DNA of 64,000 nucleotides, taken from an uncultured Veillonella sp. (GTDB taxonomy: Bacteria > Bacillota > Negativicutes > Veillonellales > Veillonellaceae). Below are positions 38,596 to 48,058 of this stretch, piece by piece. Below the pieces are notes generated by a model. That model was given only the letters and a program-made list of their open reading frames with translations, had not been told where the DNA came from and ran no database searches. Made by a program: the position numbers and the translations under genes. The stretch lies in the NCBI GenBank assembly GCA_900550175.1, contig URQX01000001.1:1487-65486 (forward strand), in the 5' to 3' direction. The stretch's first letter is position 1. Each line of letters starts with the position of its first letter.

Positions 38596-40293
38596 GTGAA
38601 TATAAAACGCTTAGTTCTTCTGAGTTTAGGTGTATATAGTTTGTCTATGCCTTTAATGGTACAGGCAGCTGATCCTGTTATACCTATGACTCAACAAGAG
38701 CAATTACAACAAGACCGAGATACTCAACGAGAACGTAATCTTCGCCTCGATGCGGAACGCGTAGGGACCGTTGTTAGTAAGCCGGCACTTATAGACGTAC
38801 CTTCAGATAAGAATGGTACGTCTTTTTATATTAAGCAAATACAGTTGGTTGGTGTGCCTAAAGAATTATCGTTTCTAAGTAAGATTGCTCGTAAGCATGA
38901 GCAAAAACATGTGACTGTATCAGATATTACTAATATTCGTAATGCCTTTCAACGTAAATTACTAGACAAAGGCTATGTTACCTCTCAGGTATATATTCCA
39001 GAACAAAATTTAAATGCTGGGACTTTACAATTTATGGTTATGCCTGGTCGAGTAGAAGATATTCGTTATAGTGCTTCTTCAGCTCATGGTCCTTGGCACA
39101 CTGCATTTTCTGTGCGGCCAGGAGATATCCTTAATATCCGAGATATAGAACAAGGCCTAGAGCAGATGAAACGTGTATCATCTCAATCGGTAACAATGAA
39201 GTTACTTCCGGGTACATCTGTTGGTACTTCTATTATTGAACTATCGATCAAACAAGATAAACCAGTACATGGATCAATAAGCATCGATAATAGTGGTCTA
39301 GAGTCTACAGGGGTATATCAAGGTAGTTTTACATCATCTTTTGACCAAGTGTTCAGAGCTAATGATACCTTTACTATGTCGTTGTCAGGTGACCTTAGCG
39401 GTGCGGGTAGTATAAAAGGAACTCGTGCAGCTAGTCTCAATTATGTAATACCTCATGGAAAAGATACGTTTAGTTTAAGCTTTTCTAAATCAAGATATCA
39501 TCAAACCATTCAATCTAATCCTTATGATTTCACATACGGTGGTAAGTCCACTACTATGAAGGCAAAATGGGATCATGTTTGGTCGCGTACACAACGTGAA
39601 AAACGTGCATTTGATATTTCTATTAGCACACGGCATAATCATCGATTTATTAATGATATGGAAATACCTGTGCAAGCCTTACGTACGACTTCAATGGAGT
39701 TTGGAGTTTCTAATCGTAAATATATTGGGAATGCTACGCTGTATTCTCGTTTGGGATTCCAATGGGGGATAGGTGCACTTGGTGCACAACCTGAACATAA
39801 GGCTTCTGTTGCTATGGGAGGTCCTACATCTAGATATCATATGTGGCTTATAGATGTAGATTATCGAAAACCATTTATTATGGGTCATCGACCTGCATCC
39901 TTTACCTCTTCGTTCCATGGACAGTGGGTTCAAGGTGGTAAAAGACTGTATAGCGTAGACACCATAAATATTGGTAACCGATATAGTATCTATGGCTTCG
40001 ATGGCGAATATACACTTATGGGCGATAGTGGTTGGTATGTGCGTAATGAAGTATCATCTGTTATTCCTCGCCTTAATACGGAAGTATATCTTGGTCTTGA
40101 TGTTGGGGCTGTATATGGTAAAAGTACAGAAGCTCTAGTCGGCAAAACAATTGCAGGTACTGCGCTTGGTGTACGAGGTAACTATTCATCCGGTTTATTG
40201 TTTGATGCATTTGTTAGTACCCCTTTATATAAACCGCAAGGATATCATACGAAAAAGTATTATAGCGGATTTACCGTAGGGTACAGATTCTAA
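38596..40293 (+). CDS. cdiB: Two-partner secretion transporter TpsB (ShlB/FhaC/CdiB family)
   Basis: Signal peptide, POTRA motifs (GYVTSQV...QNLNAG.L; LNIRDIEQGLEQM), loop-6 variant SIYGF, C-terminal YRF. Confidence 0.9.
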   Translation: MNIKRLVLLSLGVYSLSMPLMVQAADPVIPMTQQEQLQQDRDTQRERNLRLDAERVGTVVSKPALIDVPSDKNGTSFYIKQIQLVGVPKELSFLSKIARKHEQKHVTVSDITNIRNAFQRKLLDKGYVTSQVYIPEQNLNAGTLQFMVMPGRVEDIRYSASSAHGPWHTAFSVRPGDILNIRDIEQGLEQMKRVSSQSVTMKLLPGTSVGTSIIELSIKQDKPVHGSISIDNSGLESTGVYQGSFTSSFDQVFRANDTFTMSLSGDLSGAGSIKGTRAASLNYVIPHGKDTFSLSFSKSRYHQTIQSNPYDFTYGGKSTTMKAKWDHVWSRTQREKRAFDISISTRHNHRFINDMEIPVQALRTTSMEFGVSNRKYIGNATLYSRLGFQWGIGALGAQPEHKASVAMGGPTSRYHMWLIDVDYRKPFIMGHRPASFTSSFHGQWVQGGKRLYSVDTINIGNRYSIYGFDGEYTLMGDSGWYVRNEVSSVIPRLNTEVYLGLDVGAVYGKSTEALVGKTIAGTALGVRGNYSSGLLFDAFVSTPLYKPQGYHTKKYYSGFTVGYRF

Positions 40294-40368
40294 TCTCAAT
40301 ATAATTATGACTGTATATGTGTTGAACTAGCATGTGTTGAGCTAGTATTTATATAATTGGAGAGTTGT

Positions 40369-43300
40369 ATGTGTAAAACAAATCAAGAACGACGTACGCT
40401 AGGACGAAAGATAATGTCTTGGCTAACCTTTGGTGTATTTGTAGCATCTCAATCGATGGTGTTGGCTGCACCAATTATGCCAGATAATAATGCTGTTATT
40501 ACTGAACGACCGTTAGTTCAGGAAACAGCTAATCAGATTCCACTAGTTAACGTGACGGCCCCTACTAATGGTGGCGTCTCTATGAATAAATATGATCAAT
40601 TTAATGTAGAGAAACAAGGGGCTATTTTAAATAACTCATATGTAACGAGTAAAACAGAACTTGCTGGCTATGTGCAAGGTAATAGTAACATGGTGAATGG
40701 TACTGCAAAGGTTATTGTAAACCAAGTTACATCAGATGCACCGACATCTATGAATGGTTATTTAGAAGTGGCGGGGCAAAAGGCATCCGTTGTGGTTGCT
40801 AACCCTAACGGCATTACCGTTAATGGTGGGGGATTCCTTAATACGGAGCATGCTGTGTTAACTACAGGTAGACCAGAATTAGATGGTACTGGCAACTTAC
40901 AAAATTACCGTGTAGAACAAGGCAAAGTCTCTATTGAAGGTAAAGGCCTTGATGGGAAAAGTGCTGATTCTGTGTCTATATTGTCACGAACTATTGATGT
41001 AAACGCTGGCGTTTGGGCAAATAAACTCAATACTCGTACCGGACAAAATAATATTGACGCCAAGAATTTAAAGGCTACAGCTTTAGATTTGTCGTCTACT
41101 GAAACAAAGCCGACGATTGGCTTAGATGTGGCTGCAGTTGGTGGAATGTATGCAAATCATATTACTATGGTTGGCACCGAAGCTGGTGTAGGTGTTAATC
41201 TTAATGGAGTAGTTGCAGGGACTCAATCTGTTTCAGTAGATGCTAATGGTCATCTATTTGTTAATGGTACGCTTCAATCGGATACAAGTCTTGTGGCTAA
41301 AGCAAACTCTATACAGAATACAAAGACAATTGCTTCTGGTGGAGACTTGGGTTTAGAAACAAAAGAGTTAACTAATACAGGGCATATTACATCCGCTAAA
41401 AATGGACATGTTAAGGTAGAAGAAACCTTAACTAACAATAATACAATAGCCGCTGGTGCTAATACTCAAGGCGCTCTGACCGGTAATGGTTCCTTGTCTA
41501 TTGAGGCAGGTACTGTTCGTAATACTGATGCAGTGATTGTATCTGGTGGTACTACAACAATTAATAGTAAAGAAGTACATAATATAGAGAATGGTCGCAT
41601 TTATGGTGGAAAAGTAGCGATACAAACTAAGGTGCTCGAAAATCGTAAGAATGTAGCGCTAGAATCCAAATTAGATGCTGCTATGGCAGATATGAAGGCT
41701 GCAGAAGATAAGCTTGAAGTAGCCTATGCTGTAGATACTACAGCTTTTACATCAAAAACTGAACAAGATGAATATTTGAACCGAATCAAAGAACTATCTC
41801 AAGTATATGATGAAAAACTTAAAGCTGTTAAGTTAGTACAAGAGGAATTATCTGCTCATAAAGGAAGTACTATTGCAGGTCGAGAAGATGTAACTATTGA
41901 GGCAGATTCTATCTTGAATAGAGAAAAATCTCTTATATATAGTGGTGGTACTATGACATTGGATGGTCGTGATATCTTGCACAATATTGGTGGTACTATT
42001 GAGGGGTTAGGAAAAGGTGTCATTCGAAGTAAAGACTATCAAAATAAGAACTCTTCCTTTACCGCAAAACGAGTTAGTCCTGAAATTGAAAAAGGTCTTG
42101 CTGGTGCAAGTAATGATGCTATGCTTACAGAGCAAGAAGATCAAATCTTGATTACAGATAAAAACCATAGTGAGCGTGGTCAGGCTTTTAAAAAGTCTGA
42201 GTTTAGCTCTTTAAATAGTGGTTATGGTGCAAACCATAATCGTGGTAATACTGCTCCGATGCGGATATATGATGCTGCAGAATATGTTACTGTAGAACAA
42301 ATTACACCTGAAGAGCAAGCGGCTGGCGAAGAACCAATTCCGGCAGAATATATTGGTACACAAGTACCATCATATGCCTATGATGACCCTATTTTTAAGG
42401 AATTTGGCATTACATCTATGACGACAGAGCGTCCTCAAGCAGCAGGTCCTGAACAAGAGGCATGGGATGCACAATTTAAGCCTATTTTGGCATCATTAAA
42501 TGATAAAATTAAAGCTCATAATGCAAAGGCTGAATTACATAACCAAAAAATTTCTGGTGTGGCTAATGAAAAAATAGACAATTATACTATTATTCGAACT
42601 AAAACAATGACCTCTAAAGAAGAGGTGAAAAATAGTACACCAGGTGTTGTGCGCTTTGGTGGTGATGTGTCATTCACCGGAAATGGTACTAATGAAAATA
42701 GTCAAATGGTTGTAGGTGGTATATTAAGTACTACGGGAGCTATTGATCAAGTAGCAAAAGAAAATCAAGAAGTGACTACTACATTTGGTACTACAGAAGC
42801 TTCGTATACCTATAAAAGAAGATGGCCACATAAATCTAGACGAAGAGGTTATAAGGGTCAAGTATTTATGACTCCACAAGTGAATAAAGAAAATCCAATG
42901 TCACTTGGGGTGTCTAAGAAAGAAGACAAAAATAGTAAGGCAAAGGGCGAAGTAGGGGCTAATCACCGTAAAGAGGTACAAGACTTCTTAAATCCATTTG
43001 CACAAGATAGTAGTAATGATGCATCTAAACCATCTGCAGGAACTAATATTTTGGCATTGCCTACAGAATCTTTGTATAGAATACATCCTGAAAGCACTGC
43101 TAACTATGTAGTTGAAACAGATCCACAATTTACGAATAAAAAGGCCTTTTTATCATCCGATTATATGTATAAAGAGATGAAAACAAAGCCTGAGAATATT
43201 GAAAAACGACTAGGTGATGGCTTGTATGAGCAGACTTTAGTTAGAAATCAGATTGTATCTGGAACAGGGTATAGATTCCTTGATGGGTATACAGATGATG

Positions 43301-46300
43301 AAAGTCAATTTAAAGCTTTAATGGATGCTGGTATTGCATACGCCAAACAACATGGTATTGTCCCAGGTGTAGCGCTGACAGCAGAACAAGCCGCTAGTTT
43401 AACTAGTGATATGATTTGGCTTGTAAAAGATGTTGTTATGGTAGAGGGAAAACCTGTTGAGGTGATCTATCCTAAGGTATACCTTAAACAAAGCAATGGC
43501 TTACAGTTGCATAATGATGGAACCTTAATGAGTGCTAATACATTGGTTATGAATGCAAAGGAAAGTATACGTAATGAAGGTGTTATTCAGGGTAAAACAG
43601 TAGTTCTTGCATCTAATCAAGATATTATTAATAGCGGTCATATTAATGCAGACAAAGTTGGCTTGCAATCGGATACAACTATTCACCAACAAGGTCAAAT
43701 TGTAGGTCGTGATGCTGTAGAATTACAAGCAAAAGAGGATATTACCTTTAACAATTCTACTGAGCATTTAACAAACCAAGATGTTTTACATAAAACAGCA
43801 GGTATTGCTGTAACCGGTAATACAGGTGTTATGATCGTATCTGCTGGCAATGACGTAAACCTAGGTGGTGCAACTATTGAAGCATTAGGTAAAGAAGGGG
43901 CTATCACTATTACCGCTGGACATGATATTAATAGCACTACAGATACTCTTACTGCTAAAAAAGATATGACTCAAGATGGCGATAATTACTTACGAACCTA
44001 TCGTCAAACTGAACTAGGAACGACAATAGAGGCTGGTGGAAATGTATCTATTGGCGCCCAAAATGATATTAAGGCTCGTAATTTGACCGTTAGCAGTGAC
44101 TCTGGGGCGGTAAAAGTAATTGGAGAACATGACGTATCTATTGAAAATGGATACAGTGAATCTAAAGATGCATTTGCGTTAAAATACAAAGAAAAAGGCC
44201 TCCTTAATAAAAAGGAGACTAAGATCAAAACAAATGATGAATCTAAACATGCCTTAATGAGTACAGTTAGTGGTCATACGGTAGTGGTGGGTGCTAATAA
44301 TGATGTGACACTTACATCCTCGAATGTGGTGAGTACTGCAGGAACATCTGTATTAGCAGGTCATAATGTAATAACAGATGCAGCAGCAGAGCATACGCTA
44401 AGTACCGCATCTAAAGATGTCAAAAAATCTGGTATTATGGGTGCTGGCATGGGTATCATGATTGGTAAAAAACAGTCTAAAGATAACTATTATATCGATG
44501 AAACTACCCATAAAGCTACTACCTTAGGATCTACTGATGGTAAGGTTACGGTACAAGCTGGTGATACAGTTCATTTGACTACTACAAATGCGGTAGGCAA
44601 AGATGGTGTTATCATTGTAGGTCAAGATATACTATTAGATGGTAAAGATGACGTGTATAAACAAGAGGAGCGTCATGAGCAAAAGTCCTCTGGTTTAACG
44701 GTAAGTTTAGGTGGCAGTGTTGTTGAAAAATTAGATAGTGCTGTCAAAAAACAACATAGTGCATCTAATAGGAAAAATAATCATTTTAAATCATTAGAAG
44801 GTAAACAATCGAGCGATAGATTGCTTTCTGCCATTGGCGAAGCAAAGCGAATTGTTGATAGAAGCTATAATGGACAAATGAGAACTATTGACTCACAATT
44901 GGAGCGTATCAATACTGATATAGCTAGCACGCCAGCAACAGACACGACTAAGTTAGCAGAGCTTAAATCTAAGCAAGAACTGCTAATGAAAAAACGAAGT
45001 GATTTGGAAGAAAATAAAGGTATGGTTGATAAAGCTACTGATAGAGCCATAGATAGAGCTATTAATGTACAAATAGGTATTGGTTCTAGTAAAAGTGTAG
45101 CTGAGTCGAAGTTAGAACGTCATACGTATTCTAGTGGGACTATTGACTCTGATGGAACTGTTTTGATTCATGCTAATAGTACAGCTTCAATTAAAGGTAA
45201 TATTACCGCGATTGGAGAACAAATCAAAGGGAAGAATGTACAATTAGCTGCTTCCAATAATATTAATCTAGAGGCAGGTTCAAATACGCAACGTATTGAA
45301 ACAAACAGTAAGTCTAGTGGCTGGAATGTCTCTGCTAATATTGGTATGAGAACTGGTGGGCTTGTAGGCTGGTCGGCGTCAGCTTATAAAGGAACAGAAA
45401 ATGGCATAGAAGATACTACTACTCATATTGGTACACATGTTGTAGGTTCTAATAACGTATCTATTACAAGTGGAAATGATACGAACCTTATCGGTTCCAC
45501 TATTTCTGGGGAAAGTGTAACGGCGAAGGTAGGTAATAATCTTACTGTAGAAAGCTTACGAGACAGTCAGATTTATCATGAAACATCCAAGAGTAAGGGC
45601 CTATCTATATCTGGTGCAAACTTCATATCTCAACCTACGATTAATGGGGTTAATGTAAAAGGCAATATTGATAGTACTTATAAAAGTGTTACAGAGCAAT
45701 CTGGTATTCATGCAGGTAGTGGTGGTATGAATCTTGCTGTTGGCAATACGACAACATTAAAAGGTGCCACTATAACTAGTAAGGCTACACCTGAAAAAAA
45801 TAAGATATCTACCAAATCTCTAGTTATGGAAGATATTCATAATGAAGCTTCGTATAAGGCTAAAAAGTCTGGGATAGCTATGAATACATCTGGATTAACA
45901 GCAAAGGGTGTTCTCGGTAAAATCAACCCATTGGGGCTATCTCCGGTAGTTTCTATTCCTGTATCAGATGAGGCCCAATCTACCACAAAATCTGCTATTA
46001 GTGATACTATATTAGTAGAAGTAGAGGGTAAAACTCTTACTACTATTAACAGAGATACTGAACACGCACTCAATAGTATTAAACCAATATTTGATAAGAC
46101 TGATGTAAAAGAACGTATGGAATACGTTAATGCTGTATCTGATGAAGGCTTTAAGTTAATTGGCGATATTGCAATGAAGCAAGCTCAGAAGTATGAGGAA
46201 AAAGCAGTCACTACTACTGATGAAGCTCTAAAAAAACGATACCAAAAAGAAGCTGATAAATGGAAAGATGGCGGTATTTATAAAGTTGCCTTACATGGCG

Positions 46301-47463
46301 GTTTTGGTGCAGTAGTCTCTAATATGGCTGGAGGCTCTAGTTTAGAAGGATTTACAGTATCTAGTGCTAACGAGGTGATGATAGGAGCTATTGCTAAAGA
46401 ATTAGCTACTCATCCAAATAGTACAGTAGATGTTAATGGTAAATATGTTGATAATTCTGATGTATATAAAATTGCTAGTGCAATATTAGGTAATATAGTT
46501 TCACACTCTTCGTTAGGAACTGGTATTTCATTATCTGCTACACAGAATAATTTATTGACTCATGAACAAGCAATACAGTATATGAAAGAATATCGTGAAG
46601 CTAAGACTCCAGTTGAAAAGGCTGCAGTGGAAGCAAAATGGAGAAAAATAGATGAGGCGCAACGTATTGAATTTGAAAAGATTAGAAATGAATTAAGGGA
46701 CTCTATTTTAACTGATGCTATCGATGAACATAATCCGGTAAAAAGATTAGAGTTTTTAAATGCTGAAAAGGAATTATATGAACTTAAGGGTTATTCCTTT
46801 GATAAGCCAAATCAATTTTTTCCTAAAGGCGTTGCTGGATTCTTTTTAGGTTACAACCCTGGATATATTAAGAGTGAATCGGATTTGAATCTCATAGATT
46901 CTATATTGTTAGATTTTACAAAGTTTAATGAAGCACAAGCCAGAAAAGCCCTTATTGCTAAGGGCTATGATCCAGACTTATATCAAAATGCAGAGCTATT
47001 AGCTCATTACTATGAGAGAAATGTTGAAAATGTTAGTAATTTGATTCTTATGGGGAATCCCGAAGTTTTAGTAGAACGATTTGGAACTAAAGCTTTAAAT
47101 TTAGTAAAAAATGGTAGAGTATATAAAAGTTATATAGGGCGAAAATCAGCTTATAAAGTTCAAGGTGAAAGTAAACTATCCAGTAATGCTCAAGAAATGT
47201 TAAGAAAATATGAAAATCATGATTGGAAAGGAAAGCCACCTAATATTAAAGGGGAGTTAAATGCAGGTCAAGTTCATAGGAATAAAGATGGTATATTACC
47301 GATATATGATAAACAGGGTAATATAATTAAATACAAGGAATATGATATAAATCCTAAAAAGCCAGATACAAGTGGACGTGATGCAGAACGATTTGTTCGT
47401 GGTACTGATGAATCAGTCTATTATACTTCAGATCACTATAAAACATTTATTCGCATAAAATAA
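40369..47463 (+). CDS. cdiA: CdiA-like filamentous haemagglutinin TpsA with a C-terminal barnase/RNase Sa-type toxin
   Basis: Signal peptide, TPS domain (ANPNGIT.NGGGF), FHA repeats, YVVETDPQF..FLSSDYM and KRLGDG.YEQ segment, TQNN junction. Tip has YKEYDIN..RDAERFV..YYTSDHYKTF. Confidence 0.88.
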   Translation: MCKTNQERRTLGRKIMSWLTFGVFVASQSMVLAAPIMPDNNAVITERPLVQETANQIPLVNVTAPTNGGVSMNKYDQFNVEKQGAILNNSYVTSKTELAGYVQGNSNMVNGTAKVIVNQVTSDAPTSMNGYLEVAGQKASVVVANPNGITVNGGGFLNTEHAVLTTGRPELDGTGNLQNYRVEQGKVSIEGKGLDGKSADSVSILSRTIDVNAGVWANKLNTRTGQNNIDAKNLKATALDLSSTETKPTIGLDVAAVGGMYANHITMVGTEAGVGVNLNGVVAGTQSVSVDANGHLFVNGTLQSDTSLVAKANSIQNTKTIASGGDLGLETKELTNTGHITSAKNGHVKVEETLTNNNTIAAGANTQGALTGNGSLSIEAGTVRNTDAVIVSGGTTTINSKEVHNIENGRIYGGKVAIQTKVLENRKNVALESKLDAAMADMKAAEDKLEVAYAVDTTAFTSKTEQDEYLNRIKELSQVYDEKLKAVKLVQEELSAHKGSTIAGREDVTIEADSILNREKSLIYSGGTMTLDGRDILHNIGGTIEGLGKGVIRSKDYQNKNSSFTAKRVSPEIEKGLAGASNDAMLTEQEDQILITDKNHSERGQAFKKSEFSSLNSGYGANHNRGNTAPMRIYDAAEYVTVEQITPEEQAAGEEPIPAEYIGTQVPSYAYDDPIFKEFGITSMTTERPQAAGPEQEAWDAQFKPILASLNDKIKAHNAKAELHNQKISGVANEKIDNYTIIRTKTMTSKEEVKNSTPGVVRFGGDVSFTGNGTNENSQMVVGGILSTTGAIDQVAKENQEVTTTFGTTEASYTYKRRWPHKSRRRGYKGQVFMTPQVNKENPMSLGVSKKEDKNSKAKGEVGANHRKEVQDFLNPFAQDSSNDASKPSAGTNILALPTESLYRIHPESTANYVVETDPQFTNKKAFLSSDYMYKEMKTKPENIEKRLGDGLYEQTLVRNQIVSGTGYRFLDGYTDDESQFKALMDAGIAYAKQHGIVPGVALTAEQAASLTSDMIWLVKDVVMVEGKPVEVIYPKVYLKQSNGLQLHNDGTLMSANTLVMNAKESIRNEGVIQGKTVVLASNQDIINSGHINADKVGLQSDTTIHQQGQIVGRDAVELQAKEDITFNNSTEHLTNQDVLHKTAGIAVTGNTGVMIVSAGNDVNLGGATIEALGKEGAITITAGHDINSTTDTLTAKKDMTQDGDNYLRTYRQTELGTTIEAGGNVSIGAQNDIKARNLTVSSDSGAVKVIGEHDVSIENGYSESKDAFALKYKEKGLLNKKETKIKTNDESKHALMSTVSGHTVVVGANNDVTLTSSNVVSTAGTSVLAGHNVITDAAAEHTLSTASKDVKKSGIMGAGMGIMIGKKQSKDNYYIDETTHKATTLGSTDGKVTVQAGDTVHLTTTNAVGKDGVIIVGQDILLDGKDDVYKQEERHEQKSSGLTVSLGGSVVEKLDSAVKKQHSASNRKNNHFKSLEGKQSSDRLLSAIGEAKRIVDRSYNGQMRTIDSQLERINTDIASTPATDTTKLAELKSKQELLMKKRSDLEENKGMVDKATDRAIDRAINVQIGIGSSKSVAESKLERHTYSSGTIDSDGTVLIHANSTASIKGNITAIGEQIKGKNVQLAASNNINLEAGSNTQRIETNSKSSGWNVSANIGMRTGGLVGWSASAYKGTENGIEDTTTHIGTHVVGSNNVSITSGNDTNLIGSTISGESVTAKVGNNLTVESLRDSQIYHETSKSKGLSISGANFISQPTINGVNVKGNIDSTYKSVTEQSGIHAGSGGMNLAVGNTTTLKGATITSKATPEKNKISTKSLVMEDIHNEASYKAKKSGIAMNTSGLTAKGVLGKINPLGLSPVVSIPVSDEAQSTTKSAISDTILVEVEGKTLTTINRDTEHALNSIKPIFDKTDVKERMEYVNAVSDEGFKLIGDIAMKQAQKYEEKAVTTTDEALKKRYQKEADKWKDGGIYKVALHGGFGAVVSNMAGGSSLEGFTVSSANEVMIGAIAKELATHPNSTVDVNGKYVDNSDVYKIASAILGNIVSHSSLGTGISLSATQNNLLTHEQAIQYMKEYREAKTPVEKAAVEAKWRKIDEAQRIEFEKIRNELRDSILTDAIDEHNPVKRLEFLNAEKELYELKGYSFDKPNQFFPKGVAGFFLGYNPGYIKSESDLNLIDSILLDFTKFNEAQARKALIAKGYDPDLYQNAELLAHYYERNVENVSNLILMGNPEVLVERFGTKALNLVKNGRVYKSYIGRKSAYKVQGESKLSSNAQEMLRKYENHDWKGKPPNIKGELNAGQVHRNKDGILPIYDKQGNIIKYKEYDINPKKPDTSGRDAERFVRGTDESVYYTSDHYKTFIRIK

Positions 47464-47474
47464 AGGAGATTTTT

Positions 47475-47897
47475 ATGAAATATATAAATAAATTAACGTA
47501 TTTCTCTTATGATGGATTTATGGAAGTCGATAACATATATAATAACTATGATTCTGTTTTAGAGTTAGATTGTAAAAGTATATTAACAAAAGAGGAATTT
47601 TGGCTTTATATCGGCGCTTATTTTAACTTTCCTACACTAGTTAATAATTGGGCTGCTTTCTCCGACTGGATGAGAGATTTAGCGTTTTGGGATAGAAATA
47701 AATCTATTCTGATAATCTTTAAAAATATTGATGAGTTATTTGGTAGAGATTTAACATTACAATCTTTAGCTATGTCAGTCTTTTGGGAAGAAGTATTACC
47801 ATATTGGGAGAATGAAGTCACAAAAGTAACAAGTGGATCAATGCAGCCACGTCAATTTGATGTATATTGCATTATGAGTCAATATGATGATTTTTAG
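47475..47897 (+). CDS. cdiI: Barstar-family immunity protein
   Basis: LDCKSI.TKEEF....F.FP....NWAAFSDWMRDL barstar pattern. Starts 11 bp after the toxin stop, with an AAGGAG RBS. Confidence 0.85.
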   Translation: MKYINKLTYFSYDGFMEVDNIYNNYDSVLELDCKSILTKEEFWLYIGAYFNFPTLVNNWAAFSDWMRDLAFWDRNKSILIIFKNIDELFGRDLTLQSLAMSVFWEEVLPYWENEVTKVTSGSMQPRQFDVYCIMSQYDDF

Positions 47898-47942
47898 GCT
47901 TTGTTGATTTATATGTAATGCAGATACAAGATATATATGCTT

Positions 47943-48010
47943 AAAAGGACGCTATAGTCTAATCTTCAGTGGTTTATACTGAGTGATTCAGAATTATAGC
48001 GTCTTTTATT
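47943..48010 (+). terminator. Probable terminator after the immunity gene
   Basis: aaaaggacgctatagt ... attatagcgtctttt. Confidence 0.6.
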
Positions 48011-48058
48011 TAATCGTTCATTTGAGGCCTGCGTGTATATTACAGATAAGTCATAGCG

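Noticed and set aside
40317..40346. 15-bp imperfect tandem repeat (atgtgttgaactagc / atgtgttgagctagt) between cdiB and cdiA
   Set aside because: Only two copies with no spacer. Not CRISPR-like, and no function can be supported.
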